From positions 372,001 through 436,000 of the forward strand of contig UYFQ01000023.1 in the NCBI GenBank assembly GCA_900617105.1: DNA of 64,000 nucleotides, read 5' to 3'. The position numbers and the translations under genes are program-made. The notes beneath the pieces were generated by a model. It was given only the letters and a program-made list of their open reading frames with translations, did no database searches and was not told the DNA's origin. Shown here one piece after another: positions 1 through 10,079 of the stretch; the stretch's first letter is position 1, and the number at the start of each line of letters is the position of its first letter. Origin of the DNA: Hydrurus foetidus. Taxonomy: Eukaryota.

Positions 1-258
1 ATCCCCGACGACCCCGCGGGCTTGCATCTTGCCGTGGGCCTGCACGGCGTGCGAGACCAAGCCGTGAGCGACGCGGCCCTGGCCCTGGATCTGGTCGCCC
101 GGCCTTTGAGCGCCTACTACGACAAACCCGAACAAGCACCGCAAGGGCTGGTGCTGGGGTTTGGGGGGATTCAGATCGAGGAGATTGAGGGGGCAGTGCA
201 GTTACTGGCGCGGGCGGTGGAGAAAGCGCAAACCAGCGCCGCGAACGTCAACGATTAG
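1..258 (+). CDS. C-terminal fragment of a MocR/GabR-type PLP-dependent aminotransferase-domain regulator (5' end outside the window)
   Basis: Open frame from base 1; AGLHL...RPLSAYY...QGLVLGFG..EEIEGAV matches the typical MocR C-terminus. Confidence 0.7.
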   Translation: MPDDPAGLHLAVGLHGVRDQAVSDAALALDLVARPLSAYYDKPEQAPQGLVLGFGGIQIEEIEGAVQLLARAVEKAQTSAANVND

Positions 259-265
259 GGCCCCG

Positions 266-1498
266 TCAAGGCTCCACGCCCGTCAACCTGTCGCGCTCTG
301 CCAGCGCAGGGAACAGCTTCAGCCACGCAGCCGCGACCAGCAGCGTGCCCACACCGCCCAGCACCACCGAGCCCACCGGCCCCAGTGCAGCAGCGGTGGC
401 ACCCGATTCAAACTCGCCCAGCTGGTTGCTCGCACCGATAAACACCGAATTCACCGCACCCACCCGGCCACGCATGGCATCAGGGGTTTCCAGCTGCACC
501 AAAGTTTGGCGCACCACCACGCTGACCATATCCGCTGCGCCCGACACCGCCAGCATGGCCAGCGACAGGCCAAACGAGGTGGAGAGGCCAAAAACCAGGG
601 TCGTCGCCCCATAGAGCGCCACCGCTGCCAGCAAGGTACGGCCCACTTTGCGCTCCAGCGGCCAGCGCGTCAGCACTATGGACATCAGCAACGCACCCAA
701 CGCTGGGGCCGATCGCAGCAAGCCTAAACCCCAGGGGCCAACGTGCAGGATGTCTTTGGCGTACATCGGCAACAAGGCGGTAGCACCACCCAGCAGCACG
801 GCGAACAAATCCAACGTCACCGCGCCCAAAATCACTTTACGCTCCCAGATGAACGCGACACCTGCAAACAGCGTGCGCAAACTGATGGGCTCTTGGGGCA
901 AGGGCACATGCGCGTAACGCAGACGCAGCACCAGCGCACCGCCCAGCACAAACAAGGCGGCGCTGGTGCCATAGACCACCACAGCCCCTCCGGCAAACAG
1001 CAGCCCACCCAATGCAGGCCCACCGATGATGGCTGCCTGCAGACCGGCAGCGCTGAAGGCCATCGCACGGGGCAGCAGCAGCTTGGGCACCAGCATGGGC
1101 GTTAAAGCCTGCTGGGCAGGCATCTGAAACGCCCGCGCCGTGCCCAACACCACAGAAAGCAACAGCAACAGTTCGCGCGACGACCAATGGCCTACCGTCG
1201 CCACCATCAACACCCCAGCCACCGCCGCTTGCAACGCCAGACATAGCGCCACAATGCGCCCCCGGTGAAAGCGGTCAACCACATGGCCTGCCAGCAGCGA
1301 CAGCAGCAAAGCAGGTAAAAACTGGTACAGCCCCACCAGCCCCAAATCCCAAGCACTGGCGGTTAAATCGTACATTTGCCACCCCACGGCCACCATCAGC
1401 ATCTGGCCAGCAGCTGTGCCAGCGAGGCGGGCAAACCACAGGCGAATGAATGGTTTTTGGGCAAAAAGGGCAGCAAGTGGGGGCATGGTCACAGTCAT
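266..1498 (-). CDS. MFS transporter (MFS_3/EntS-like)
   Basis: About 12 hydrophobic helices; GHVVDRFHR and QLETPDAMRGRV motifs; start placed at MTVTM. Confidence 0.85.
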   Translation of the reverse strand: MTVTMPPLAALFAQKPFIRLWFARLAGTAAGQMLMVAVGWQMYDLTASAWDLGLVGLYQFLPALLLSLLAGHVVDRFHRGRIVALCLALQAAVAGVLMVATVGHWSSRELLLLLSVVLGTARAFQMPAQQALTPMLVPKLLLPRAMAFSAAGLQAAIIGGPALGGLLFAGGAVVVYGTSAALFVLGGALVLRLRYAHVPLPQEPISLRTLFAGVAFIWERKVILGAVTLDLFAVLLGGATALLPMYAKDILHVGPWGLGLLRSAPALGALLMSIVLTRWPLERKVGRTLLAAVALYGATTLVFGLSTSFGLSLAMLAVSGAADMVSVVVRQTLVQLETPDAMRGRVGAVNSVFIGASNQLGEFESGATAAALGPVGSVVLGGVGTLLVAAAWLKLFPALAERDRLTGVEP

Positions 1499-1692
1499 AA
1501 TTTGACGATAAGCATAGCAGCGGCACGTTAACAGACATGCCCAAAACGGCAATCAAGCCCTCCTGGGCCTGGCCCCAACACCCCGTAAAAACCCTGCAAA
1601 CCCGCGCCAACACTGCTTCATACGCATATTCACATATAGAGCGAACAAAAATATCGTTTGCTTCCATATGTCCCCCGGCTACATTCACGCCC

Positions 1693-2496
1693 ATGCATGA
1701 TTTCATCTTTATTTTTGCGGGCTTCTTTGTGGGCCTGATCGTCGGTTTAACTGGCGTGGGTGGCGGTTCTTTGATGACTCCGCTGTTGATCTTCTTCTTT
1801 GGCGTCAAGCCCCACCTCGCCATCGGCACCGATTTGCTGTTTGCCGCGTTCACCAAAATGGGCGGCTCCATCAACCTCGCCCGTGCCAAGGTGATTGATT
1901 GGTCAGTGGTCGGCCAAGTCGCTTTAGGTAGCGTCCCCGCTACCCTGGTGACGCTGTACATCCTGCGCGAACTCGGGCCTGCCAACGCTGCCGTCCAGCA
2001 CGCCATGACCACGACATTGGGTGTGGCACTGTTGCTGACAGCGGTAGCCACCATGTACAAGGCCATCAAAGGCAAAAACGCCCCTGCTGCCAACGACGCG
2101 TCCTTCACGCCGGGTACAGGCCGCAAACCGACCCAGGCCAAGCACTGGGCGCTGCCCACCTTGTTTGGTGCGTTCATCGGCGTGCTGGTCACGCTCACCT
2201 CTGTGGGTGCAGGCGCGATTGGCGTGCTGGTGCTGATGCTGCTGTACCCCGCCCTCCCCTTGCCACGTATCATCGCCGCCGACATTGCCCACGCAGTGCC
2301 CCTCACCCTGGTGGCGGGCCTGGGCCATGCGGCCAACGGCTCGGTCGATTGGGATTTGCTGCTCAAGCTGCTGGCGGGCTCGCTGCCCGGCATCTGGATC
2401 GGCACCCAACTGTCCCAAAAAACGCCTGAGCGCGTGATCCGCTCGCTGCTCTCGGTACTGATGGCCTATGCCGGCTTCAAGCTGATGGCCATCTGA
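1693..2496 (+). CDS. Sulfite exporter TauE/SafE family protein
   Basis: GLTGVGGGSLMTP, AIGTDL and TSVGAG motifs; first gene of the cys operon. Confidence 0.9.
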   Translation: MHDFIFIFAGFFVGLIVGLTGVGGGSLMTPLLIFFFGVKPHLAIGTDLLFAAFTKMGGSINLARAKVIDWSVVGQVALGSVPATLVTLYILRELGPANAAVQHAMTTTLGVALLLTAVATMYKAIKGKNAPAANDASFTPGTGRKPTQAKHWALPTLFGAFIGVLVTLTSVGAGAIGVLVLMLLYPALPLPRIIAADIAHAVPLTLVAGLGHAANGSVDWDLLLKLLAGSLPGIWIGTQLSQKTPERVIRSLLSVLMAYAGFKLMAI

Positions 2497-2528
2497 TTTC
2501 ATTTCCACATAAAAACACAGTCCCCACG

Positions 2529-4337
2529 ATGTACACCTACACCGATTTCGACAAAGCCTTCGTCAAAGCCCGCGCCGACCAGTTCCGCGACCAACTGGGC
2601 CGCTGGCAGTCAGGCTTGCTGACGGAAGACGAATTCAAACCCTTGCGCCTGCAAAACGGCTGGTACGTGCAGCGCTACGCGCCCATGCTGCGCGTGGCCG
2701 TGCCCTACGGCGAGCTGAACAGCGCCCAAATCCGCGTGCTCGCCAAAATCGCCCGTGACTACGATGCCCCCGGCGCCAAAGCCCTGGCCGCTACCGGCTT
2801 GCAATTGGAACAACCCATGGCAGGCGGCATCACCGGCGGCTACGGCCACTTCACCACACGCCAAAACGTGCAGTACAACTGGATCAGCCTGAAAGACAGC
2901 GCTGATGTGATGGACTTGCTGGCCAGCGTCAACCTGCACGGCATCCAGACCAGCGGCAACTGCATCCGCAACACCACCACCGACGAACGCGCTGGCGTGG
3001 CCGTGGATGAGATCGTTGACCCCCGCCCTTACTGTGAAATTTTGCGCCAGTGGAGCACACTGCAACCTGAGTTCGCGCTGCTGCCACGCAAGTTCAAAGT
3101 CGCCTTCTCAGGTGCAACGGACGACCGCGCGGCCACCCATTGGCACGATGTGGGGATGCACGTCATCAAAAACGAAGCAGGTGAAGTGGGTTTGCGCGTC
3201 CTGGTGGGTGGTGGCATGGGCCGCACGCCTGTGATCGCCAGCACGATTCGCCAGTTCCTGCCCTGGAACCAGATGCTGAACTACCTGGAAGCCATCGTGC
3301 GGGTCTATAACCGCTTTGGTCGCCGCGACAACATCTACAAGGCCCGCATCAAAATTTTGGTGAAAGCCGAAGGCCAGCGCTTCATCGATGAGGTGGAGGC
3401 CGAGTACAAAGCCATCATCGAACTCGACGGCGCACCCCACACCATCACCCAAGCCGAGTTTGACCGTGTTTCAGCCTGTTTTATGCCTCCTGTGCTTACT
3501 GCACGGGCGCAGAGCGCTACAGAAAAAGTAGCAACTTTGGTACAAGCCGATACCGTCAACAACCCTGAATTCAGCCGCTGGCTTGAGCGCAACGTGGCCC
3601 CGCACAAGAACGCCAGCCTGCGCATCGTCACTTTGTCATTCAAGCGTACGTTCAGCCAAGAGGGTTCCGCCCCCGGCGACGCCAGCGCTGACCAGCTGGA
3701 TGCCGTGGCCGAATTGGCCGATCGCTTTTCCGCCGGTGAAACCCGCGTCACGCACGACCAAAACATCGTGCTGCCTTGGATCAACGCCAGCGACTTGCCC
3801 TCCGTCTGGGCAGAGGCGAAACGCCTGGGCCTCGCCCGCGCCCAAACCCGCTTACTGACCGACATGATCGCCTGCCCCGGCGGCGATTTTTGCTCACTCG
3901 CCAACGCCCGCTCCATCCCCCTGGCTGCAGCCATCACCGAACGCTACCAAGACCTCGACGAGCTGTACGACCTGGGCGAGATCGACCTGCACATCAGCGG
4001 CTGCATCAACTCCTGCGGCCACCACCACAGCGGCCACATCGGCATTTTGGGTGTCGATAAAGACGGCCAAGAGTGGTACCAAGTCACCCTGGGCGGCTCA
4101 GACGGCTCCGTGCTGAGCGGCACACCGGTGGCCGGCAAAGCGGTTGGCCCATCCTTTACCGCAGCCGAAGTGCCCGAAGTGATCGAAGCCGTGCTCAACG
4201 TCTACAAACAAGAGCGCCAAAGCCTGACCCTGGGCGCAGAAACCTTCATAGACACCCTGCGCCGCGTGGGCGCTGAGCCGTTCAAGCTGGCAGCGAACGC
4301 AGCACGCACGTCGACACAGCGGGCTGTGGCGGTTTAA
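2529..4337 (+). CDS. cysI: Sulfite reductase siroheme hemoprotein subunit
   Basis: HFTTRQN, LPRKFK, ACPGGDFC and SGCINSCGHH siroheme/4Fe-4S ligands; cys operon context. Confidence 0.92.
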   Translation: MYTYTDFDKAFVKARADQFRDQLGRWQSGLLTEDEFKPLRLQNGWYVQRYAPMLRVAVPYGELNSAQIRVLAKIARDYDAPGAKALAATGLQLEQPMAGGITGGYGHFTTRQNVQYNWISLKDSADVMDLLASVNLHGIQTSGNCIRNTTTDERAGVAVDEIVDPRPYCEILRQWSTLQPEFALLPRKFKVAFSGATDDRAATHWHDVGMHVIKNEAGEVGLRVLVGGGMGRTPVIASTIRQFLPWNQMLNYLEAIVRVYNRFGRRDNIYKARIKILVKAEGQRFIDEVEAEYKAIIELDGAPHTITQAEFDRVSACFMPPVLTARAQSATEKVATLVQADTVNNPEFSRWLERNVAPHKNASLRIVTLSFKRTFSQEGSAPGDASADQLDAVAELADRFSAGETRVTHDQNIVLPWINASDLPSVWAEAKRLGLARAQTRLLTDMIACPGGDFCSLANARSIPLAAAITERYQDLDELYDLGEIDLHISGCINSCGHHHSGHIGILGVDKDGQEWYQVTLGGSDGSVLSGTPVAGKAVGPSFTAAEVPEVIEAVLNVYKQERQSLTLGAETFIDTLRRVGAEPFKLAANAARTSTQRAVAV

Positions 4338-4354
4338 AGAAACGATTGAAAAAT

Positions 4355-4759
4355 ATGAAACTAATAGCACTCAACGCCCGCCAAGAGGGCGCTATCGAGC
4401 AAACTGAAGTCCAAACCGTGGTGTTGGCCAACGATGCCAATCCTTTAGACCTCGCCCTCGAAGGCGTGCAGCGCATCGAGCTGAATTTCCCCAAATTCAC
4501 CGATGGCCGCGCCTTCAGCCAAGCCTTTTTGCTGCGCCGCCGCCGGGGCTTCACGGGTGAAATCCGCGCCACGGGTGATGTGTTGGTTGACCAGCTGGTG
4601 CAGATGCAGCGCAGCGGGTTTGACACCGCCGTGCTGCGTGCTGATTTGGACGTGCCCGGCATTGACGCCATCATCGAGCGCCAGTTCGCCCGCTACCCGG
4701 CGTTTTACCAAGGCGATGCGGTCAACACCGCACCGCACTTTGCGAAGGAAGCCGAATGA
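4355..4759 (+). CDS. DUF934 family protein (CysI partner)
   Basis: FPKFTDGRAFSQA.LLR...GEIRATGDVLVDQ...RSGFD...FYQ signature; lies directly after cysI. Confidence 0.9.
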   Translation: MKLIALNARQEGAIEQTEVQTVVLANDANPLDLALEGVQRIELNFPKFTDGRAFSQAFLLRRRRGFTGEIRATGDVLVDQLVQMQRSGFDTAVLRADLDVPGIDAIIERQFARYPAFYQGDAVNTAPHFAKEAE

Positions 4760-5532
4760 GCACCGTTGATTTGAACGCCAAAGCCTCCGCCACGTTCGAC
4801 GCCAAACTGGCTGAAACACAGGCTCTGCTTACGCAGGCAGCTACAACTTTTGCAGCCAATGAAGTCACCCAAGCGTCCAGCCTGGGGGCGGAAGATGTGG
4901 TCATCACCCATCTCATCAACAGCCTCCAACTTGACCTGCCCATCTTTGTGCTGGAAACCGGCAAGCTGCACGCTGAGACGCTACAGATTTTAGAGCAGAC
5001 TACGCAGTCTTCACGTGCACCAGTGACGGTTTACCGCCCCAACCCTGAAGCGGTCATCACCTTTGTGAAACGCGAAGGCGAAGAGCCGATGTACAAGAGC
5101 ATTGCGCTGCGCAAAGCCTGCTGCCATGTCCGCAAAATCGAGCCCTTGAACCGTGCGCTGGCCGATAAAAAGGGCTGGATCACCGGCCTGCGCCGTGAGC
5201 AATCGGGGGCGCGTGCCGACGTTCCCTTGACCGATGACAGCGAGCTTGCCACCACGGGCCGCCTCAAATACAACCCCCTGGCCAACTGGACATGGGGGGA
5301 TGTATGGCATTACATCAAACTGCATAACGTGGCCTACAACCCACTGCACGACCAGTTTTTCCCCAGCATCGGCTGTGCGCCTTGCACCCGCGCCATCAGC
5401 ATGGGAGAAGACTTCCGCGCTGGGCGCTGGTGGTGGGAGGATGAGAACGCCAAAGAATGTGGCTTGCACGTCAAAGCCGAAGGCACTGAAGCTGTTCAAA
5501 TCAGCAGCCTTTCCGAAAGAACCCCCGCATGA
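4756..5532 (+). CDS. cysH: APS reductase (Fe-S type CysH)
   Basis: CCHVRK, ITGLRREQS, SIGCAPCT and GRWWWE..KECGLH motifs. Confidence 0.93.
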   Translation: MSTVDLNAKASATFDAKLAETQALLTQAATTFAANEVTQASSLGAEDVVITHLINSLQLDLPIFVLETGKLHAETLQILEQTTQSSRAPVTVYRPNPEAVITFVKREGEEPMYKSIALRKACCHVRKIEPLNRALADKKGWITGLRREQSGARADVPLTDDSELATTGRLKYNPLANWTWGDVWHYIKLHNVAYNPLHDQFFPSIGCAPCTRAISMGEDFRAGRWWWEDENAKECGLHVKAEGTEAVQISSLSERTPA

Positions 5533-6488
5533 ACGCCCGCACGGAGCCTGAATTGTTAAAGCACGAAACCACTCACCACCTCAGCAACGCTCACCTCGAT
5601 GCGCTGGAAGAGGAAACCATCTTCATTCTGCGCGAAGTCGCCGCCGTGTTCGAGCGACCTACGCTGCTGTTCTCGGGTGGCAAAGACTCCCTGGTGCTGC
5701 TGAAATGCGCTGAAAAAGCCTTCGGCTCCAAAGTGTCCGGTGGCGGCATTCCCTACCCGCTGCTGATGATCGACACCGGCCACAACTTCCATGAAGTGAC
5801 CGATTTCCGGGATTCACGCGCCAAAGAACTCGGCGCCGAGCTGATCGTGCGCAGCGTCGAAGACTCGATGGCACGTGGCACGGTGCGCTTGAGCCACCCC
5901 GGCGAGTCGCGCAACGTGCACCAGTCCGTCACGCTCTTGGAAGCGATTGACGAATTCCGCTTTGATGCGCTGATCGGTGGTGCCCGCCGCGACGAAGAAA
6001 AAGCCCGCGCCAAAGAACGCATCTTCAGCCACCGCGACAGCTTCGGCCAATGGCAACCCAAGGCGCAGCGCCCTGAGTTGTGGAACCTGTTCAACACCAA
6101 ATTGCAGCCCGGCGAACACTTCCGCGTGTTCCCCATCAGCAACTGGACGGAACTCGACGTGTGGCAGTACATCGACCGCGAAAACATCGCCCTGCCCTCG
6201 CTTTACTACACGCACGAACGTGAAGTGGTCGAGCGCAAAGGCCTGCTGGTGCCCGTAACCCCCCTCACTCCACTCAAAGCCGGTGAAACGGCTGAGACCC
6301 GCCATGTGCGCTTTCGCACTGTGGGTGACATCACCTGCACCTGCCCCGTAGAAAGCCTGGCAGCCACCGCCGCCGACATCGTGATCGAAACCCTTGCCGC
6401 CGATGTGAGCGAGCGCGGTGCAACCCGCATGGACGACAAGACCTCGGATGCGTCGATGGAGAAGCGCAAGAAGGATGGCTACTTTTAA
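5529..6488 (+). CDS. cysD: Sulfate adenylyltransferase subunit 2
   Basis: FSGGKDS, GGARRDEEKARAKER, FRTVGD and C-terminal KKDGYF. Confidence 0.95.
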   Translation: MNARTEPELLKHETTHHLSNAHLDALEEETIFILREVAAVFERPTLLFSGGKDSLVLLKCAEKAFGSKVSGGGIPYPLLMIDTGHNFHEVTDFRDSRAKELGAELIVRSVEDSMARGTVRLSHPGESRNVHQSVTLLEAIDEFRFDALIGGARRDEEKARAKERIFSHRDSFGQWQPKAQRPELWNLFNTKLQPGEHFRVFPISNWTELDVWQYIDRENIALPSLYYTHEREVVERKGLLVPVTPLTPLKAGETAETRHVRFRTVGDITCTCPVESLAATAADIVIETLAADVSERGATRMDDKTSDASMEKRKKDGYF

Positions 6489-6494
6489 GGCGCT

Positions 6495-6515
6495 GCGCTA
6501 AAGTAGCTTTAGCGC
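6495..6515. promoter_or_regulatory. Perfect 9-bp inverted repeat upstream of the TA module (operator or hairpin)
   Basis: gcgctaaag-tag-ctttagcgc. Confidence 0.4.
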
Positions 6516-6545
6516 TTGCAGCCACCTCACCCCGGAGTTTTAGTC

Positions 6546-6770
6546 ATGAACACATTTGTCCCTGCTGTGCATTCCAATCCCCAGATTTTGGGTGGAACCC
6601 CCGTGTTCTCAGGCACGCGGGTGCCGTTTCGCATCTTGTTTGAGTACCTGGAAACAGGTGACAGCCTAGATGTGTTCTTAGATGAATTCCCGTCGGTCAG
6701 CCGCGAGTTGGCTGTGGCAGGGTTAGAGCAAGCCCGGCAAGCGGTGTGTCCCAGCTTGGGCCATGCCTGA
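6546..6770 (+). CDS. DUF433 antitoxin
   Basis: NPQILGGTPVFSGTRVP...L..GDSLD.FL.EFP motif; its TGA overlaps the ATG of the next gene. Confidence 0.88.
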   Translation: MNTFVPAVHSNPQILGGTPVFSGTRVPFRILFEYLETGDSLDVFLDEFPSVSRELAVAGLEQARQAVCPSLGHA

Positions 6771-7102
6771 TGCGTGTGCTGCTGGACGAATCCATCCCCA
6801 AGAAGTTGGGTTTTTTGCTGGGCGGGCACCATGTTCGTACGGTGCAAGCGATGGGTTTTGGTGGTTTGGTCAATGGCCAACTGTTGAAAGCGGCATCGCC
6901 AGATTTTGACGTGCTGGTCAGTGGCGATCAAAACATGGTGTACCAGCAAAACCCGCAAACCTTGCCTATGTCAGTCATTGTGTTAGTCGCCAAAAACAAC
7001 AAGCTGGAAAGCTTTGTGCCCCTGATTCCTGAGCTGCTGCGTACGATTGAGCAGTTGCCACAAAAAAGTTTTTACCGTATCGCCGCCCCCGAGGCAGATT
7101 AA
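6770..7102 (+). CDS. DUF5615/PIN-like toxin
   Basis: MRVLLDES...HHVRTV..MG..G..NG.LL..A...FDVLVSGDQN motif; coupled to the DUF433 gene. Confidence 0.85.
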   Translation: MRVLLDESIPKKLGFLLGGHHVRTVQAMGFGGLVNGQLLKAASPDFDVLVSGDQNMVYQQNPQTLPMSVIVLVAKNNKLESFVPLIPELLRTIEQLPQKSFYRIAAPEAD

Positions 7103-7110
7103 CAATAACC

Positions 7111-8493
7111 ATGAACGCTACACAATCCATAGCTTCCCCCGCAGATACAGCAAGTGCTACAGCCTCTATGACCACAACAACATCCCCCCACAACGCCCTG
7201 CGCTTCATCACCTGCGGCTCCGTCGATGACGGCAAAAGCACGCTGATTGGCCGCTTGCTGGTGGACAGCAAATCGGTCTTGCAAGACCAGCTCGCAGGCG
7301 TGCAGCGTGCGGGCGAAACCGATTTGGCGCTGTTGACCGATGGCCTCTCGGCTGAGCGCGAGCAGGGCATCACCATCGACGTGGCTTACCGCTATTTCGC
7401 CACCCCTGACCGCAAATTCATCATCGGCGACGCACCCGGCCACGAGCAGTACACCCGCAACATGGTGACCGCTGCCAGCAGCGCCGATGCGGCCGTGGTG
7501 CTGGTGGACGCGCTGAAACTGGACTGGGCCAACCCCGCGTTGTTGCTGCTGCCACAAACGCGCCGCCACAGCCTGCTGGTGAAGCTGCTGCGCGTGCCGT
7601 CCATCGTGTTCGCTGTGAACAAACTGGATGCCATCGACAGCCCTGAAACTGCGTTCGCCAACATCAGCGCGGCCTTGGAAAAGTTTGCCCAAGAGGCCGG
7701 CATCACCGCCACCGCCATCGTGCCCGTGTCCGCCCTCAAAGGCTGGAACGTGGTGGATGAAAAGCCGGGTTGGTGCAACTACCAAGGTCAGGGGTTGCTA
7801 CAAATTTTGGAGCAATTACCCAACACCCCTGCGGAACCCGATTTGCCCTTCGCCTTCCCCGTGCAGTGGGTGGAAAAATTCTCCGCCAGCGCCGACACCA
7901 GCCAAGGCCGCCGGGTGTTCTGGGGCCGCGTGGCCACGGGCAGCGCGACGGTGGGGCAAGAAGTCATCGTGTTCCCCGGCAATGCAGGCAAAGGCCAAAT
8001 TGCCAAAATCGCCCAAGTCCTTGACCGCGCACGCCGCCCCGGCAACGTGGAATCGACCCAAAGCGCAGGCATCGTGCTTGACCGTGAAGTGGACGTGTCG
8101 CGTGGCGACTGGCTCCTCGCCCACACCGCACAAACCGTGGATGCCGACAGCTTTGACGAACCAGCCCCGACCAGCCTGCAAGGCCAGCGCGAGATCAGCG
8201 CCACCATCGCCTGGATGGACGACGAAGCCCTGGTCGCAGGCCGCGTCTACTGGGCCTTGCATGGTCACCGCTGGGTGAAAGCCAAAGTCAAGCGCATCGT
8301 CCACCGCCTGGACATCAACACGCTGGAAGAGCTGGACGCGACCGAGCTGCCGCCGAACGCCATCGGCCACATCGAGCTGACCCTGCAAGAAGCCCTGGCC
8401 GTGCGCCCTTACGCCGAGTCACGCAGCCTGGGGCAGTTGGTGCTGGTGGACACGGCTTCGCACAAGACTTCGGGTGCGGTGCTGGTGAACTGA
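7111..8493 (+). CDS. cysN: Sulfate adenylyltransferase subunit 1 (GTPase)
   Basis: [36 protein letters not shown] and NKLD motifs; no fused APS kinase domain. Confidence 0.95.
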   Translation: MNATQSIASPADTASATASMTTTTSPHNALRFITCGSVDDGKSTLIGRLLVDSKSVLQDQLAGVQRAGETDLALLTDGLSAEREQGITIDVAYRYFATPDRKFIIGDAPGHEQYTRNMVTAASSADAAVVLVDALKLDWANPALLLLPQTRRHSLLVKLLRVPSIVFAVNKLDAIDSPETAFANISAALEKFAQEAGITATAIVPVSALKGWNVVDEKPGWCNYQGQGLLQILEQLPNTPAEPDLPFAFPVQWVEKFSASADTSQGRRVFWGRVATGSATVGQEVIVFPGNAGKGQIAKIAQVLDRARRPGNVESTQSAGIVLDREVDVSRGDWLLAHTAQTVDADSFDEPAPTSLQGQREISATIAWMDDEALVAGRVYWALHGHRWVKAKVKRIVHRLDINTLEELDATELPPNAIGHIELTLQEALAVRPYAESRSLGQLVLVDTASHKTSGAVLVN

Positions 8494-8506
8494 CCACACT
8501 GCAACG

Positions 8507-8554
8507 CCCCCTCACCCCAACACTATCCCCAAAGTGGCAAGCGGGCGAGGGAGC
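8507..8554. repeat. Degenerate REP-like CCCTCACCCC...GGGCGAGGG intergenic element
   Basis: ccccctcaccccaacactatcccc...gcgggcgagggagc resembles common proteobacterial CCCTCACCC/GGGAGAGGG hairpin repeats; single copy in this window. Confidence 0.45.
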
Positions 8555-8615
8555 AAGACAACGCCATCGCCTCTCAAACCTTAAAATACCAGTTTCACCC
8601 GAAACCCAGAACACC

Positions 8616-8945
8616 ATGACCCACGTCGTCACCGAAGCCTGCATCCGCTGCAAATTTACCGATTGTGTGGACGTTTGTCCCGTGGATTGCTTCCGCGAAG
8701 GCCCGAACTTCCTCACCATTGACCCCGATGAATGCATCGACTGCGCGGTGTGCATCCCCGAATGCCCCGTGAACGCCATCTACGCCGAAGAAGATGTGCC
8801 TGCAGACCAGCAGCACATGATCGGCCTGAATGTCGAACTGGCGCGCCTCTCCAGCTGGAAGAGCATCACCAAGCGCAAGCCACAACTTGACGACGCTGAC
8901 GAGTGGAAAGACCGCACGGGCAAGCTTGAAGAGTTGGTGCGCTGA
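8616..8945 (+). CDS. fdxA: 7Fe ferredoxin
   Basis: [18 protein letters not shown]...[16 protein letters not shown]. Confidence 0.93.
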   Translation: MTHVVTEACIRCKFTDCVDVCPVDCFREGPNFLTIDPDECIDCAVCIPECPVNAIYAEEDVPADQQHMIGLNVELARLSSWKSITKRKPQLDDADEWKDRTGKLEELVR

Positions 8946-8986
8946 TTTTCAGCATCGGCCCGTATTCATTTGAATCATTTAGCAAC

Positions 8987-10030
8987 GTGATCGAAACCGA
9001 CGCCCTCATCGTCGGTGCGGGCCCCATAGGCTTGTTCCAAGTCTTCCAGCTGGGCCTGCTGGAAATCAACTGTCATGTCATTGATGCCCTGCCCCACCCT
9101 GGCGGGCAGTGTGCGCAGTTGTACCCTGATAAACCGATTTACGATATTCCCGGTCTGCCCGCTACCACCGGGCGGGCGTTGGCGGCAGCGCTTCGGCAGC
9201 AGATTGAGCCTTTCGTTGCCAGCGGCAGTGCGCAATTGCACTGGGGGCAGTTGGTCAGCAGCGTGCGCAGGCTGGACGATGGGCGTTTTGCCATCACGAC
9301 TTCAGCGGGGCTGAATTTCACCGCCAAGACCCTCATCATTGCCGCAGGTGCAGGTGCCTTTGTGCCGCGCAAACTCATGGTGCCAGGGCTGGCTGCGTTT
9401 GAAGGCTTGCAGGTTTTCTATGCACCACCTGAATTCGATGCCCTTACGGGCAAGCATGTGGTGGTTCAGGGGGATGACGATACGGCATTGGGCTGGGCGG
9501 TGCGCTGTGCGGGTTTGGCAGACACTCCACCCCAAAGCGTCACGTTGATCCATCGCCGCGAGGTGTTTACCGCCTCTGTCGAGTTGGTCAGTGCAATGCA
9601 GGATTTGTGCGCTGCCGGAAAAATGCGCTTTGTGGCGGGCCAGATCACGGCAGCGGGGGACACCAACACGCTGACCGCCCTGCAACTCGCCTTGCCGGAT
9701 GGCAGCAGCGAGACGCTTCCCGTTGATGTGCTGCTGGCATCCCTAGGAATGTCCCCCAAGCTTGGGGCCCTGGCCGATTGGGGGCTGGAGATGCAGCGCA
9801 AGCAGTTGCCTGTAGACACGGCGACCTTCCAAACGGCGCAGCCAGGCATCTTTGCCGTGGGTGACATCAACACCTACCCTGGCAAAAAGAAACTCATCGT
9901 CTGCGGGTTTCACGAATGCGTGCTGGCGGCGTTCGCAGCGGCAGAGATCGTGTTCCCCGGCAAACCGCAGCCCTTGCAATACACAACGACCAGCACGCGG
10001 CTGCATGCGCTGTTGGGGGTTGCGGGTTGA
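8987..10030 (+). CDS. Thioredoxin-reductase-type ferredoxin-NADP+ reductase
   Basis: GAGPIG, GGQC.QLYPDKPIYDIPG, GDINTYPGKKKLI.CGFHE and YTTTS motifs. Confidence 0.88.
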   Translation: MIETDALIVGAGPIGLFQVFQLGLLEINCHVIDALPHPGGQCAQLYPDKPIYDIPGLPATTGRALAAALRQQIEPFVASGSAQLHWGQLVSSVRRLDDGRFAITTSAGLNFTAKTLIIAAGAGAFVPRKLMVPGLAAFEGLQVFYAPPEFDALTGKHVVVQGDDDTALGWAVRCAGLADTPPQSVTLIHRREVFTASVELVSAMQDLCAAGKMRFVAGQITAAGDTNTLTALQLALPDGSSETLPVDVLLASLGMSPKLGALADWGLEMQRKQLPVDTATFQTAQPGIFAVGDINTYPGKKKLIVCGFHECVLAAFAAAEIVFPGKPQPLQYTTTSTRLHALLGVAG

Positions 10031-10079
10031 GCTGCGGGTTGCGAACTGCGATTGCGAACTGCGCGTTGGTGAGGCGTAC

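Noticed and set aside
1275..2405. Long antisense ORFs (also 25478-26680, 50103-51143 and 53211-54654)
   Set aside because: Each overlaps a well-supported gene on the opposite strand, which is expected in GC-rich DNA.
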